NCBI GenBank assembly: GCA_964373795.1
Contig: CAYJVY010000005.1
Location: 69,913 to 99,986, forward strand
DNA length: 30,074 bases
Origin: an uncultured archaeon
Lineage (GTDB): Archaea > Iainarchaeota > Iainarchaeia > Iainarchaeales > DATDZZ01
Direction of reading: 5' to 3'
Position 1 is the first letter of the stretch. Each line of letters starts with the position of its first letter. This document shows positions 1-6,784 of this stretch, piece after piece. Under the pieces are notes generated by a model. The model saw only the letters and a list, made by a program, of their open reading frames with translations, had not been told where the DNA came from and searched no databases. A program made the translations under genes and the position numbers.

Positions 1-19
1 CGCCGGCTGAACGGCGCGC
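1..19 (-). repeat. Edge-truncated copy of the GC-rich hairpin element family. Its terminal hairpin (CGCCG-GCTGAA-CGGCG) abuts the 5' end of tRNA-Met.
   Basis: nt 1-16 (cgccggctgaacggcg) are identical to 19093-19108. They match the reverse complement of 6643-6658 at 15/16 positions. The copy continues beyond the left window edge. Strand is given relative to copy A. Confidence 0.6.
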
Positions 20-91
20 GTCAGTGTAGTTTAGTGGCAGAACCCGTGACTCATAATCACGTGATCGGGAGTTCGAATCTCCCCACTGACA
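20..91 (+). tRNA. tRNA-Met (anticodon CAT). Elongator-like; could also be tRNA-Ile2 with a modified CAU.
   Basis: Hand-folded cloverleaf of 72 nt. Acceptor gtcagtg/cactgac, D stem gttt/gaac, anticodon stem cgtga/tcacg with loop ctCATaa, T arm gggag-ttcgaat-ctccc, discriminator A. No encoded CCA. G1-C72 and the lack of a GGG/CCC anticodon stem argue against an initiator. Confidence 0.9.
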
Positions 92-113
92 TTCATTTTT
101 TAAAGGCGAGAAA

Positions 114-602
114 TTGAATTTAGAAATCAAGGCAAGGATAAATGATTTGAAAAAAATTGAAGAAAACTTGAAAAAACTGAATGCAGTATTTGTGAAAGAA
201 ATTCAGGAAACAGATGTCTACTTTAATGCTAGAAGTTCAACTGTGAAATTAAGTTCTTCAATTGAAGGAGACTTTTTATACATTTTTCAACACAAACCTG
301 AATTAAAGGAATTTAATTTTTCAAAAGAAGAAGTGAAAGATTATGAATTATTAAAAGAAACTTTGGAAAGAAATTTAGGAATAAAATTAGAAGTCAAAAA
401 AACTAGAAAAGAATTTCAAGTAAATGGAAAAACTGTTTTAATTAATTTAATTCCAAGGCTAGGAAATTACTTGATTTTATGGGGAGAAAAAGAAGACAAG
501 GAAGAGTTAATGGATTTGCTGAAAAAACTGGGTTTAAGTGAAACAGATCTTGAATCAAAGCCTTTTGATGAATTAATTTTGTTGAAAAGAAAATCAAACT
601 AA
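114..602 (+). CDS. CYTH-domain protein (class IV adenylyl cyclase / triphosphatase-like)
   Basis: N-terminal LEIKARI (ExExK-like), ETDVYF, VKKTRKEF..V and LGNYLIL match the CyaB/CYTH layout as I remember it. TTG start. Several acidic catalytic positions look substituted. Confidence 0.65.
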   Translation: MNLEIKARINDLKKIEENLKKLNAVFVKEIQETDVYFNARSSTVKLSSSIEGDFLYIFQHKPELKEFNFSKEEVKDYELLKETLERNLGIKLEVKKTRKEFQVNGKTVLINLIPRLGNYLILWGEKEDKEELMDLLKKLGLSETDLESKPFDELILLKRKSN

Positions 603-721
603 TAAAATTATTTTAAGGAAATTTCCTTTGAAAATCAAATAAAACAGTTTAAAAAAATAAGAATTTAAAACTAGCCTAATTTTGAGGGCAAGCTTTTTAT
701 TTATTGCCCTGAAATACTTTT

Positions 722-1489
722 TTGAGTGCAATGAAAAAACAAATTCAAAAACAAATTCAATTAAAGAAAAACTTGAAAGGAACTGAATTAGTTGAAATAG
801 AGTCTTCTTTAATTGAACAAAAAAATTTTGTGTCACAAATTTTTGAGGAAAAAGTAATTGAATTACTTAAAGCAATAACAATTACTAGATTAAAAAATGA
901 ATTAAAAGGTTTAAGTATTTTTTTAGGATTTTTAGGATTAGCTGTAGGAGGAAGAGTTGCATTGCAATATGTTCCGTCAGTAGAACCAATAATTCCTTTA
1001 GCAGTATTAGTTGGATTAAGATTTGGAGTAAAAGAAGGATTTACTCTTGGTGGAAGTGCTTACATTATTTCAAACTTCTTTGTATGGGGAATGCAAGGGC
1101 CTTGGACTGTTTTTCAAGCACTTGGAGCAGGAATTCCAGGAGCACTTGCAGGTTTAATTGGAAAAATCAAAAAACCAGGAAAATTTGATTTAATTTTTTT
1201 AACAATAATTGGAACAATTTTATTTGAAGTTTCAGTTAATATCGGAGGATATTTTTTTGGATTAGGAACTTATGGAGGGCCTTTAGGATTGCTAATGTAT
1301 TTCATTACTTCTATTCCATTTAGTTTAACTCACATTACTTCAAACATTGTGTTTGCTGCAGTATTACAGTTTTTACTTAATTCAGGAGGAAAACAAAATG
1401 AAGACAAAAAAGTTATTGATGTTTTTAACAAGTCTTTTAATTTTAATAACTTTAGCGGCTTGCATTCAATCTTTAAAAACAAAAAGTGA
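722..1489 (+). CDS. Polytopic membrane protein, possibly an ECF-transporter S-component-like substrate binder
   Basis: Gly/Ala-rich TM helices (LGFLGLAVGG, ALGAGIPGALAGLIGK). It lies directly upstream of, and overlaps, a DUF4430 gene, a pairing typical of ECF-type vitamin uptake modules. An ATG at 731 is the likelier start than the TTG at 722. Function is tentative. Confidence 0.5.
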   Translation: MSAMKKQIQKQIQLKKNLKGTELVEIESSLIEQKNFVSQIFEEKVIELLKAITITRLKNELKGLSIFLGFLGLAVGGRVALQYVPSVEPIIPLAVLVGLRFGVKEGFTLGGSAYIISNFFVWGMQGPWTVFQALGAGIPGALAGLIGKIKKPGKFDLIFLTIIGTILFEVSVNIGGYFFGLGTYGGPLGLLMYFITSIPFSLTHITSNIVFAAVLQFLLNSGGKQNEDKKVIDVFNKSFNFNNFSGLHSIFKNKK

Positions 1490-1826
1490 TTCAAATAATT
1501 TTGATACTGAAAAAGAATTAGTTGAAGTAGTTATTCAAGTATTTGATAAAGATGGATTAAAAATAGTTGATAAAAGCGTTTCAGTTGAAGAAGGCTCAAA
1601 TGCATTTGATGCTTTAACAAAAGCAACAGCAGTTGATGCTTCAATTCATCCAACCTTCGGAGCATTTGTAAAAGGATTTAATGGCAAACCAGTTTCTCCA
1701 GGATATTATTGGGCGTTAACAATTAATGGAAAATATGCAGATCAAGGAATCTCTTTTTATAAAATAACTCCTGGAATGCAAATTCTTTGGAAAGAAGAAA
1801 AAATAGAAGAATTTCCATTAAAGTAA
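1398..1826 (+). CDS. Secreted DUF4430 (transcobalamin-like fold) lipoprotein
   Basis: AGGAGG at 1384-1389 sits 8 nt before the ATG at 1398. Signal peptide with a lipobox-like LAAC. DUF4430-type motifs NAFDAL, FGAFVKGFNG, YWALTINGK and GMQILW. I moved the start from the track ORF start (1347) to 1398. Confidence 0.8.
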   Translation: MKTKKLLMFLTSLLILITLAACIQSLKTKSDSNNFDTEKELVEVVIQVFDKDGLKIVDKSVSVEEGSNAFDALTKATAVDASIHPTFGAFVKGFNGKPVSPGYYWALTINGKYADQGISFYKITPGMQILWKEEKIEEFPLK

Positions 1827-1891
1827 AAATTATATGCGATTGTGGCACAGGCAAGAAGTCAAAAAAACAAACAGCAATAAATTATCCTTTT

Positions 1892-1911
1892 TCAGAAAAT
1901 ACTTTTTCTGA
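1892..1911 (+). terminator. Hairpin tcagaaaa-tact-ttttctga downstream of the DUF4430 gene
   Basis: Perfect 8-bp inverted repeat with a T-rich 3' arm, read directly from the sequence. Function not demonstrated. Confidence 0.3.
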
Positions 1912-1962
1912 TAGATAATAATTAACTAAGCCTAGCACAAGCACAAAATTATCATTTGGCAG

Positions 1963-1978
1963 AAGTATTTAAATACTT
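1963..1978. promoter_or_regulatory. 16-nt perfect palindrome AAGTATTTAAATACTT overlapping a TATA-like box. Candidate promoter/operator of the wHTH-NTase gene.
   Basis: Perfect dyad 11 nt upstream of the ATG at 1989. The TATTTAAATA core resembles an archaeal TATA box, and the spacing would fit a leaderless start at the ATGs 1998/2001. Confidence 0.35.
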
Positions 1979-1988
1979 TTTCATCTAA

Positions 1989-3665
1989 ATGATAATTATG
2001 ATGGCAAGTTCATTAGTTGTTTTGAAACTTTTAAGTAAGGAAAACTACACACTAAGTGGATTAGCAACCAAGAGTGATCTAGCTTTATCCACACTCTCCG
2101 GAGCGGTTAAAGAGCTTGAAGAAAAAGGGTTTATCCAAAAAGCTGGAAGAAAAATAATGTTAAATAACTCCCCTCTCACACATCAGTTAAAGACATTATT
2201 AGACACACACAATATTGAAAAGATACTAAGAGAAAGAAAAGAAGAAATAATTATTGCATTAACAGAACCACTAACAATGAAAGAATTAGCAGAACAAACA
2301 AAGATGTCACAAATACAGATTTATAGGCATATCAAAGAAATGAAAGAAATTGGAGCAGTATCAAGAGAGTATGGCAAATACTTTTTAGCAGAAAAAATAA
2401 GGGCGTTTGCAGAAGAATTTAAAAAAAACCTTGAAGTAAGAAAGTTGGAAAAAAATGCAATTCTTGTTTTCTCTAATAAATTCAAGCTAAAAAAATTGCC
2501 TCTAAACAGCAAAGCAAATGGCTCATTAACTGCTTTTTCCTTATTTGCAAAGTATGGAATAGAATATGCTATTGTGAATGACTTTTATGTCGAACCCACA
2601 CACGAATTAGAAATTGAAGAGGTTTTTATTCATTCATTAGTTTTTAGTGAATCAAAAAAAGATATTGCAATGTGCCTTGTTTTTTACGAAAAAAATAAAG
2701 CTAAACTAGAGTTAAGAAAACTTGTAGAATACTCTAGAAAGTTTAAAGTGCTTGGGCTTTTGTTTGACTGTATTGCTTATCTAGAAAAAAGAGAGGTAAA
2801 GAAGAAAGAAAGATTTCTACCATGGAATGAATTCCAGGCAATTGCTTCCAATTATAAAGTAACCCAAAAAATCCAAAACAAATTCTCTGCAAAAGAGTTA
2901 GAAATAATATTTAGCGAAATCCAAAACTTCCTTGAAAAACCTCTAACCGTTTTCTTAATTGGAGGCTGTAACATGGCTTTGCATGGAATAAAAGCAGCAA
3001 CAAAAGATATTGATTTGATTGTAAAAAACAAGCAAGACTTTAAAGCACTTGATCAAGCATTAAAAGGCGTTGGATTTAGTCAAGCTACAACCATTGAAAA
3101 CGCTTACAAAAAAATGAATCCTAGCAGAATCTTTGAAAAAAAAAGAAAACCAAGAATTGATGTGTTTACAGGAATTGTTTGTAATGCTCTTTCTTTAAGC
3201 AACCGAATTATTGACAGGTCAATACAAAAAAATTATGGAAAACTCACAGTAAATTTTGTTAGATTGGAAGACATTGTTTTGTTTAAAGCAATTACTGAAA
3301 GACAAGGAGATTTGGAAGATATTGCCACAATAATTCGTACACAAAATATTGATTGGAACTTTTTCCTTGAAGAACTAAACAAGCAACACGAAAACAATGA
3401 AAGACTTTTCTGTTTAGATATTCTAGACACAATATGGCTATTGGAAGAAAAAGAAAAAATTGTTACACCAATAAAACGCAAACTTGTAGATTTATGCACA
3501 GAAAAAGCTATTCTTTTTTTAGCCAGAAAACCTGTGACTGTTTTAGAAGTTAGGAAAAAAATTGATTTTGCTGAAACAACTATTAGGAACAAAATACAAA
3601 GCCTTGTAAAGCAAGGCAAGCTAAAAAAAATCAAGAGCAAGCCTTTCAAAGTAGTGGTAACATGA
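1989..3665 (+). CDS. Multi-wHTH protein fused to a minimal nucleotidyltransferase-fold domain (AbiEi/AbiEii-like architecture)
   Basis: Two N-terminal MarR/ArsR-like winged helices (LSGLATKSDLALSTLSGAVKELEEKGFI; MKELAEQTKMSQIQIYRHIKEMKEIGAV). NTase signature LIGGCNMALHGIKAATKDIDLIV plus a downstream RIDVF. Third wHTH at the C-terminus (VTVLEVRKKIDFAETTIRNKIQSLVKQGKL). Confidence 0.6.
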   Translation: MIIMMASSLVVLKLLSKENYTLSGLATKSDLALSTLSGAVKELEEKGFIQKAGRKIMLNNSPLTHQLKTLLDTHNIEKILRERKEEIIIALTEPLTMKELAEQTKMSQIQIYRHIKEMKEIGAVSREYGKYFLAEKIRAFAEEFKKNLEVRKLEKNAILVFSNKFKLKKLPLNSKANGSLTAFSLFAKYGIEYAIVNDFYVEPTHELEIEEVFIHSLVFSESKKDIAMCLVFYEKNKAKLELRKLVEYSRKFKVLGLLFDCIAYLEKREVKKKERFLPWNEFQAIASNYKVTQKIQNKFSAKELEIIFSEIQNFLEKPLTVFLIGGCNMALHGIKAATKDIDLIVKNKQDFKALDQALKGVGFSQATTIENAYKKMNPSRIFEKKRKPRIDVFTGIVCNALSLSNRIIDRSIQKNYGKLTVNFVRLEDIVLFKAITERQGDLEDIATIIRTQNIDWNFFLEELNKQHENNERLFCLDILDTIWLLEEKEKIVTPIKRKLVDLCTEKAILFLARKPVTVLEVRKKIDFAETTIRNKIQSLVKQGKLKKIKSKPFKVVVT

Positions 3666-4393
3666 AATACGCAGTAATTTCAGATATTCATTCAAATTTT
3701 GAAGCATTAAAGGAAGTGCTAAAAGATGCCGAAGCTCAAGGCGCGGAAAGAATTGTTTGCTTGGGAGACCTTGTTGGATACGCAGCAGAACCAAATGAAG
3801 TGATTACTCTTTTGCGTGAAAAGAAAATTCCTTGCATTCAAGGCAATCATGACATGGCAGCATTTTATAATCCTGAAATAAATTTATTCAACGATGCAGC
3901 AAAGGAAGCAATGCGGCTTACTAGAAAAATTTTGACACAGGAATCAAAAAACTTCCTCAAAAACCTGCCGAAAAGTTTTTCAGAAAATGACTTGCTTTTT
4001 GTTCATGGGACTCCACCAAACTCAAATGTCTTGTATATTTCAGATTTCTTGCCAGAACAGTTAATAGAGTTATTCAAATTGTTTCTAGAAAAGGTTTGCT
4101 TTGTAGGGCATACACATTACTTGCACAGATATGAATTTGATTTAAAAAAAGAAAAAATTCTGCGAAAAGAATTACAGAAAGGAATAATTAAATTAAACAA
4201 AGAATGTAAGCACATAATTAATGTTGGATCTGTTGGCCAGCCAAGAGATGGAAACAACAAAGCAAAATATGTTTTATTCGATTTGGAAAAATTTGAATTA
4301 GAGACAAGGCTTGTGTCTTACAACATCAAAAAGACTGTAGACAAAATCCGCGAACTTGGATTCCCAATAGCAAATGCAAAAAGGCTTTGGTGA
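3662..4393 (+). CDS. Metallophosphoesterase (calcineurin-like, YfcE/MJ0936-type)
   Basis: Motifs SDIHSN, GDLVGY, GNHD, FVHG, GHTH and GSVGQPRDG. The ATG overlaps the upstream stop (ATGA at 3662-3665). Confidence 0.9.
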   Translation: MKYAVISDIHSNFEALKEVLKDAEAQGAERIVCLGDLVGYAAEPNEVITLLREKKIPCIQGNHDMAAFYNPEINLFNDAAKEAMRLTRKILTQESKNFLKNLPKSFSENDLLFVHGTPPNSNVLYISDFLPEQLIELFKLFLEKVCFVGHTHYLHRYEFDLKKEKILRKELQKGIIKLNKECKHIINVGSVGQPRDGNNKAKYVLFDLEKFELETRLVSYNIKKTVDKIRELGFPIANAKRLW

Positions 4394-4543
4394 AAAAATA
4401 TTATGAAAACATTCTATTTTGTGAATAATGGCATGCAAAGACGGAAAATTGTTTTGCACACGAAAAGGCTTTTTCTAAGATCTTTAAAGTCTGGGGATCA
4501 AAAGATTATTTTTCATGAAATAAATGAAGAGTTGAAGTATGAA

Positions 4544-4968
4544 TTAACGGTTTCTAGGTGGGCGAAATTTTCTCCAGTAAATATCGGTAAATATTACCCA
4601 TCCTCTAGGCCAATCATTTGGCCCTAATTCAAGCCAATATTCTCTGTCTCTTTCATAAGGAGTGTATCCAAGTTCTCTTAAAATATTTTGATGAGTTCTA
4701 AAAACATCTCTGGTCATTCCAATTTGTAAAATGTCTTTTCCTCTTTCTAATTCTTCAATTAAATGCGGTTGAGGATTAATTAGGCGCGCACCATAAGTAA
4801 AAAAAGCTTTCAATGAGTTGATTTTTCTTTCTCTTTCCTCTTTCCTTCTAAGTTCAACTTCTCTTTCCCTTGTCTCTTCTCGTTTCGCTTTTTTTTAGCT
4901 CTTCTCTGACTTGCTTCTACCCATTTACTTTTAACTGACTTAATAAATTCTCTAATTCTGCCAGCCAT
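4544..4968 (-). CDS. Hypothetical protein encoded in two frames that join at an A8 run (-1 frame relation)
   Basis: ATG at 4968 opens a 52-codon ORF (MAGRIREFIKSVKSKWVEASQRRAKKK...) that ends at 4810. The -1 frame is open from inside the A8 run (4889-4896) and continues as AKREETREREVELRRKEERERKINSLKAFFTYGARL... into track ORF 4544..4813. Confidence 0.5.
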
Positions 4969-5002
4969 ATTTAAATTGAAACTAAACTACTATAAAAAGT
5001 AA

Positions 5003-5124
5003 TGCCCCGACCGGGATTTGAACCCGGGTCTTCACCGAACTCCAACTCTTTGCTAATTTTTGCGAACTTTTTTATAAAAAGTTCTGAGAGGGTGACATCC
5101 TTGACCGGGCTAGACTATCGGGGC
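5003..5124 (-). tRNA. tRNA-Glu (anticodon CTC) with a 47-nt intron at 37/38
   Basis: Acceptor gccccga/tcggggc, anticodon stem tcacc/ggtga, loop ctCTCa|intron, T arm ccggg-ttcaaat-cccgg, discriminator A. Intron 5084..5038 contains a perfect 9-bp hairpin (gaacttttt-ata-aaaaagttc). Exact splice junctions were not verified by a BHB fold. Confidence 0.75.
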
Positions 5125-5198
5125 AAAAACCTGTAAATAAGTTTGTTAGCAAGCTTTAATAATTTTAGTTAAAAACGTTTTCCTTCAAAAATCCTTAA

Positions 5199-5816
5199 AT
5201 GAATAACAAAATTAAAATAATTACAATTGGTTTAATTTTTATAGCTCTTTCAATTGCATTCCTTAATTTAACTTTTTTTAATCCAGAAAAAATTCAAGAA
5301 AACAGGGAAAAAATTTTTTCAGAATTAGAAGAAAGAATTCCAAAACTAATTTATGAAAAATTAAATTCAGTTGCAGAAAAAAAAGCAGTAAATGAATTAG
5401 AGGAAAAAATAATTGAATCAAATAATGCTGATAAGCAATGGATTAAAGAAAGATTGCAAGAAAAGCCAACAGTTGAAAAATTATTGGCTTTATTTTCTTT
5501 AACTGAAAGCGTTATGGGAATAAATAATAAGTTGTTAGTGCAAGGATTTAATGCAGAAGATTTAATTGAAGAAGCAAATTCATTAAAAGAATTAAAAATT
5601 GAAAAAAAAATTAAATTTAATTTAGAAGAAAAAACATTGGATTTAAGTGGAATTAAACAAGAGGAATTAAACACAGAAGAAACAAATTTATTTAGGGAAT
5701 TTTTAAATCTAAGGAAAAAAAATTTTGAAAATGCTGAAAATGAATTAGAGAAAAGTATTGAAGCAAAAAAATTAATTGAATTAAATGCATTAATTCAAGT
5801 AAAGCAAGGCAGTTAA
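5199..5816 (+). CDS. Membrane-anchored coiled-coil protein, function unknown
   Basis: N-terminal TM helix (IKIITIGLIFIALSIAFLNLTFF) followed by a Glu/Lys-rich heptad-like sequence. Confidence 0.6.
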   Translation: MNNKIKIITIGLIFIALSIAFLNLTFFNPEKIQENREKIFSELEERIPKLIYEKLNSVAEKKAVNELEEKIIESNNADKQWIKERLQEKPTVEKLLALFSLTESVMGINNKLLVQGFNAEDLIEEANSLKELKIEKKIKFNLEEKTLDLSGIKQEELNTEETNLFREFLNLRKKNFENAENELEKSIEAKKLIELNALIQVKQGS

Positions 5817-5861
5817 AGAAAAGCTTTAAATTGTTGCTTACTAAAATTTGTTTAAAGAAAT

Positions 5862-5933
5862 GCCTCTATAGCTCAGCGGCAGAGCGACTGCCTTGTAAGC
5901 AGTAGGTCGCCGGTTCAATCCCGGCTGGAGGCT
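5862..5933 (+). tRNA. tRNA-Thr (anticodon TGT)
   Basis: 72-nt cloverleaf. Acceptor gcctcta/tggaggc, D arm gctc-agcggca-gagc, anticodon arm actgc-ctTGTaa-gcagt, T arm gccgg-ttcaatc-ccggc. Confidence 0.9.
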
Positions 5934-5954
5934 TCATTTAAGGAGGAAAAATAA

Positions 5955-6413
5955 ATGGAAGAAAAATTCATTCAATTTGTTGCAAAATACGATGACTGGA
6001 TAGCAGTAAGAAAACTAAAGATTGAGGAAAAAACAGATCCAATAGTTGTAGCAGAATTTTTAGCTGGATTAACCAATTCAGTTGATTCAAAAGTAGGAGA
6101 AAACCTAAAAAAAATACTTAATTTAAGTGAATTAGATAAAGTATTAGAATCCCTAGAATACGGTAAAAGCGAGCAAGAAATTTCTCAAGTACTTGCACAT
6201 ATAAATAGTGGAAAAATAAATAAATTAATTAATGCAGCAATAGATTTATTGCCTGAAGAAAAATTTCAAAAAAACCAGAAAAAAGAATTAACAGATTTTT
6301 GCAAGGTTTATGCAATGAAAACTGCATTAAAAAAATGTGGTTTAATGAGTGATTATTCAAGCATTGAAATTCCTGGAATGAAAAAATTGTCAAAAAAAGG
6401 AGGAAAAGAATAA
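5955..6413 (+). CDS. Hypothetical protein
   Basis: AAGGAGG lies 7 nt upstream of the ATG. The start is only 21 nt after tRNA-Thr. No family recognised. Confidence 0.6.
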   Translation: MEEKFIQFVAKYDDWIAVRKLKIEEKTDPIVVAEFLAGLTNSVDSKVGENLKKILNLSELDKVLESLEYGKSEQEISQVLAHINSGKINKLINAAIDLLPEEKFQKNQKKELTDFCKVYAMKTALKKCGLMSDYSSIEIPGMKKLSKKGGKE

Positions 6414-6566
6414 ACATGATTAAAGAAAAAATTTTCAGAGCCTGCATGAAGTGTGGTTCAACAAACTTGACGCTTCCTCAAACTGCTTGGAAAATTAGAG
6501 CAGGAGTTTTGAAGGAGGCAAAAAATTCATTAAAGAATTGAAAAACAAAAATCAGTAAAAATTTGA

Positions 6567-6640
6567 GGGGTTGTGGTGTAGCCTGGTTAGCATTCAAGCT
6601 TTGGGAGCTTGCGACCTCGGTTCAAATCCGGGCAACCTCA
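6567..6640 (+). tRNA. tRNA-Pro (anticodon TGG)
   Basis: 74-nt cloverleaf. Acceptor ggggttg/caacctc (one G-U), anticodon arm caagc-ttTGGga-gcttg, T arm ctcgg-ttcaaat-ccggg, discriminator A. Confidence 0.9.
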
Positions 6641-6779
6641 TTCGCCGTTCAGCCGGTGTGGCTGAAGCGATCAGCCGGCGAAGCTGAGTGCCCACGTGGG
6701 CATCGTGCTTGCCGCGCGAGACTACAGCTAAAGGCCGACATCGGCCTACGCGTTCGCGGGTGTGACCGCAAGGCAGAGA
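6641..6779 (+). repeat. GC-rich hairpin element, copy A. Candidate structured ncRNA or miniature mobile element.
   Basis: 90/139 G+C by hand count in an AT-rich context. It starts at the first nt after tRNA-Pro and ends 5 nt before the PAP2 ATG. Hairpins: 6648-6666 (ttcagcc-ggtgt-ggctgaa), palindrome TGCCCACGTGGGCA at 6689-6702, cgtgc-ttgcc-gcgcg, and aggccg-acat-cggcct. The 61-nt core 6679-6739 is 56/61 identical to the reverse complement of 19034-19094. Confidence 0.7.
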
Positions 6780-6784
6780 TTTAA

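Noticed and set aside
685-710. Hairpin agggcaa-(12 nt)-ttgccct upstream of the ECF-S-like/DUF4430 genes, considered as a cobalamin riboswitch
   Set aside because: It is far too short and lacks the B12-box. Riboswitches of this class are not expected in archaea.
4403-4540. N-terminal GNAT-like fragment (IVLHTKRLFLRSLKSGDQKIIFHEINEE resembles RimJ/RimL-type starts)
   Set aside because: Only about 40 residues look GNAT-like, and the acetyl-CoA binding motifs are absent. It may be a gene remnant, but I cannot support it as a feature.
3662-4627. The metallophosphoesterase ORF and ORF 4403..4627 are in the same frame, separated by a TGA, which hints at readthrough
   Set aside because: The phosphoesterase is full length at its TGA. 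The same frame is a 1-in-3 coincidence. The downstream ORF overlaps the better-supported minus-strand gene.
6416-6541. 41-codon ORF (MIKEKIFRACMKCGSTNLTLPQTAWKIRAGVLKEAKNSLKN) immediately after the 5955 gene
   Set aside because: It has only one CxxC, so it is not a complete zinc ribbon. It is too short to evaluate without comparative data.
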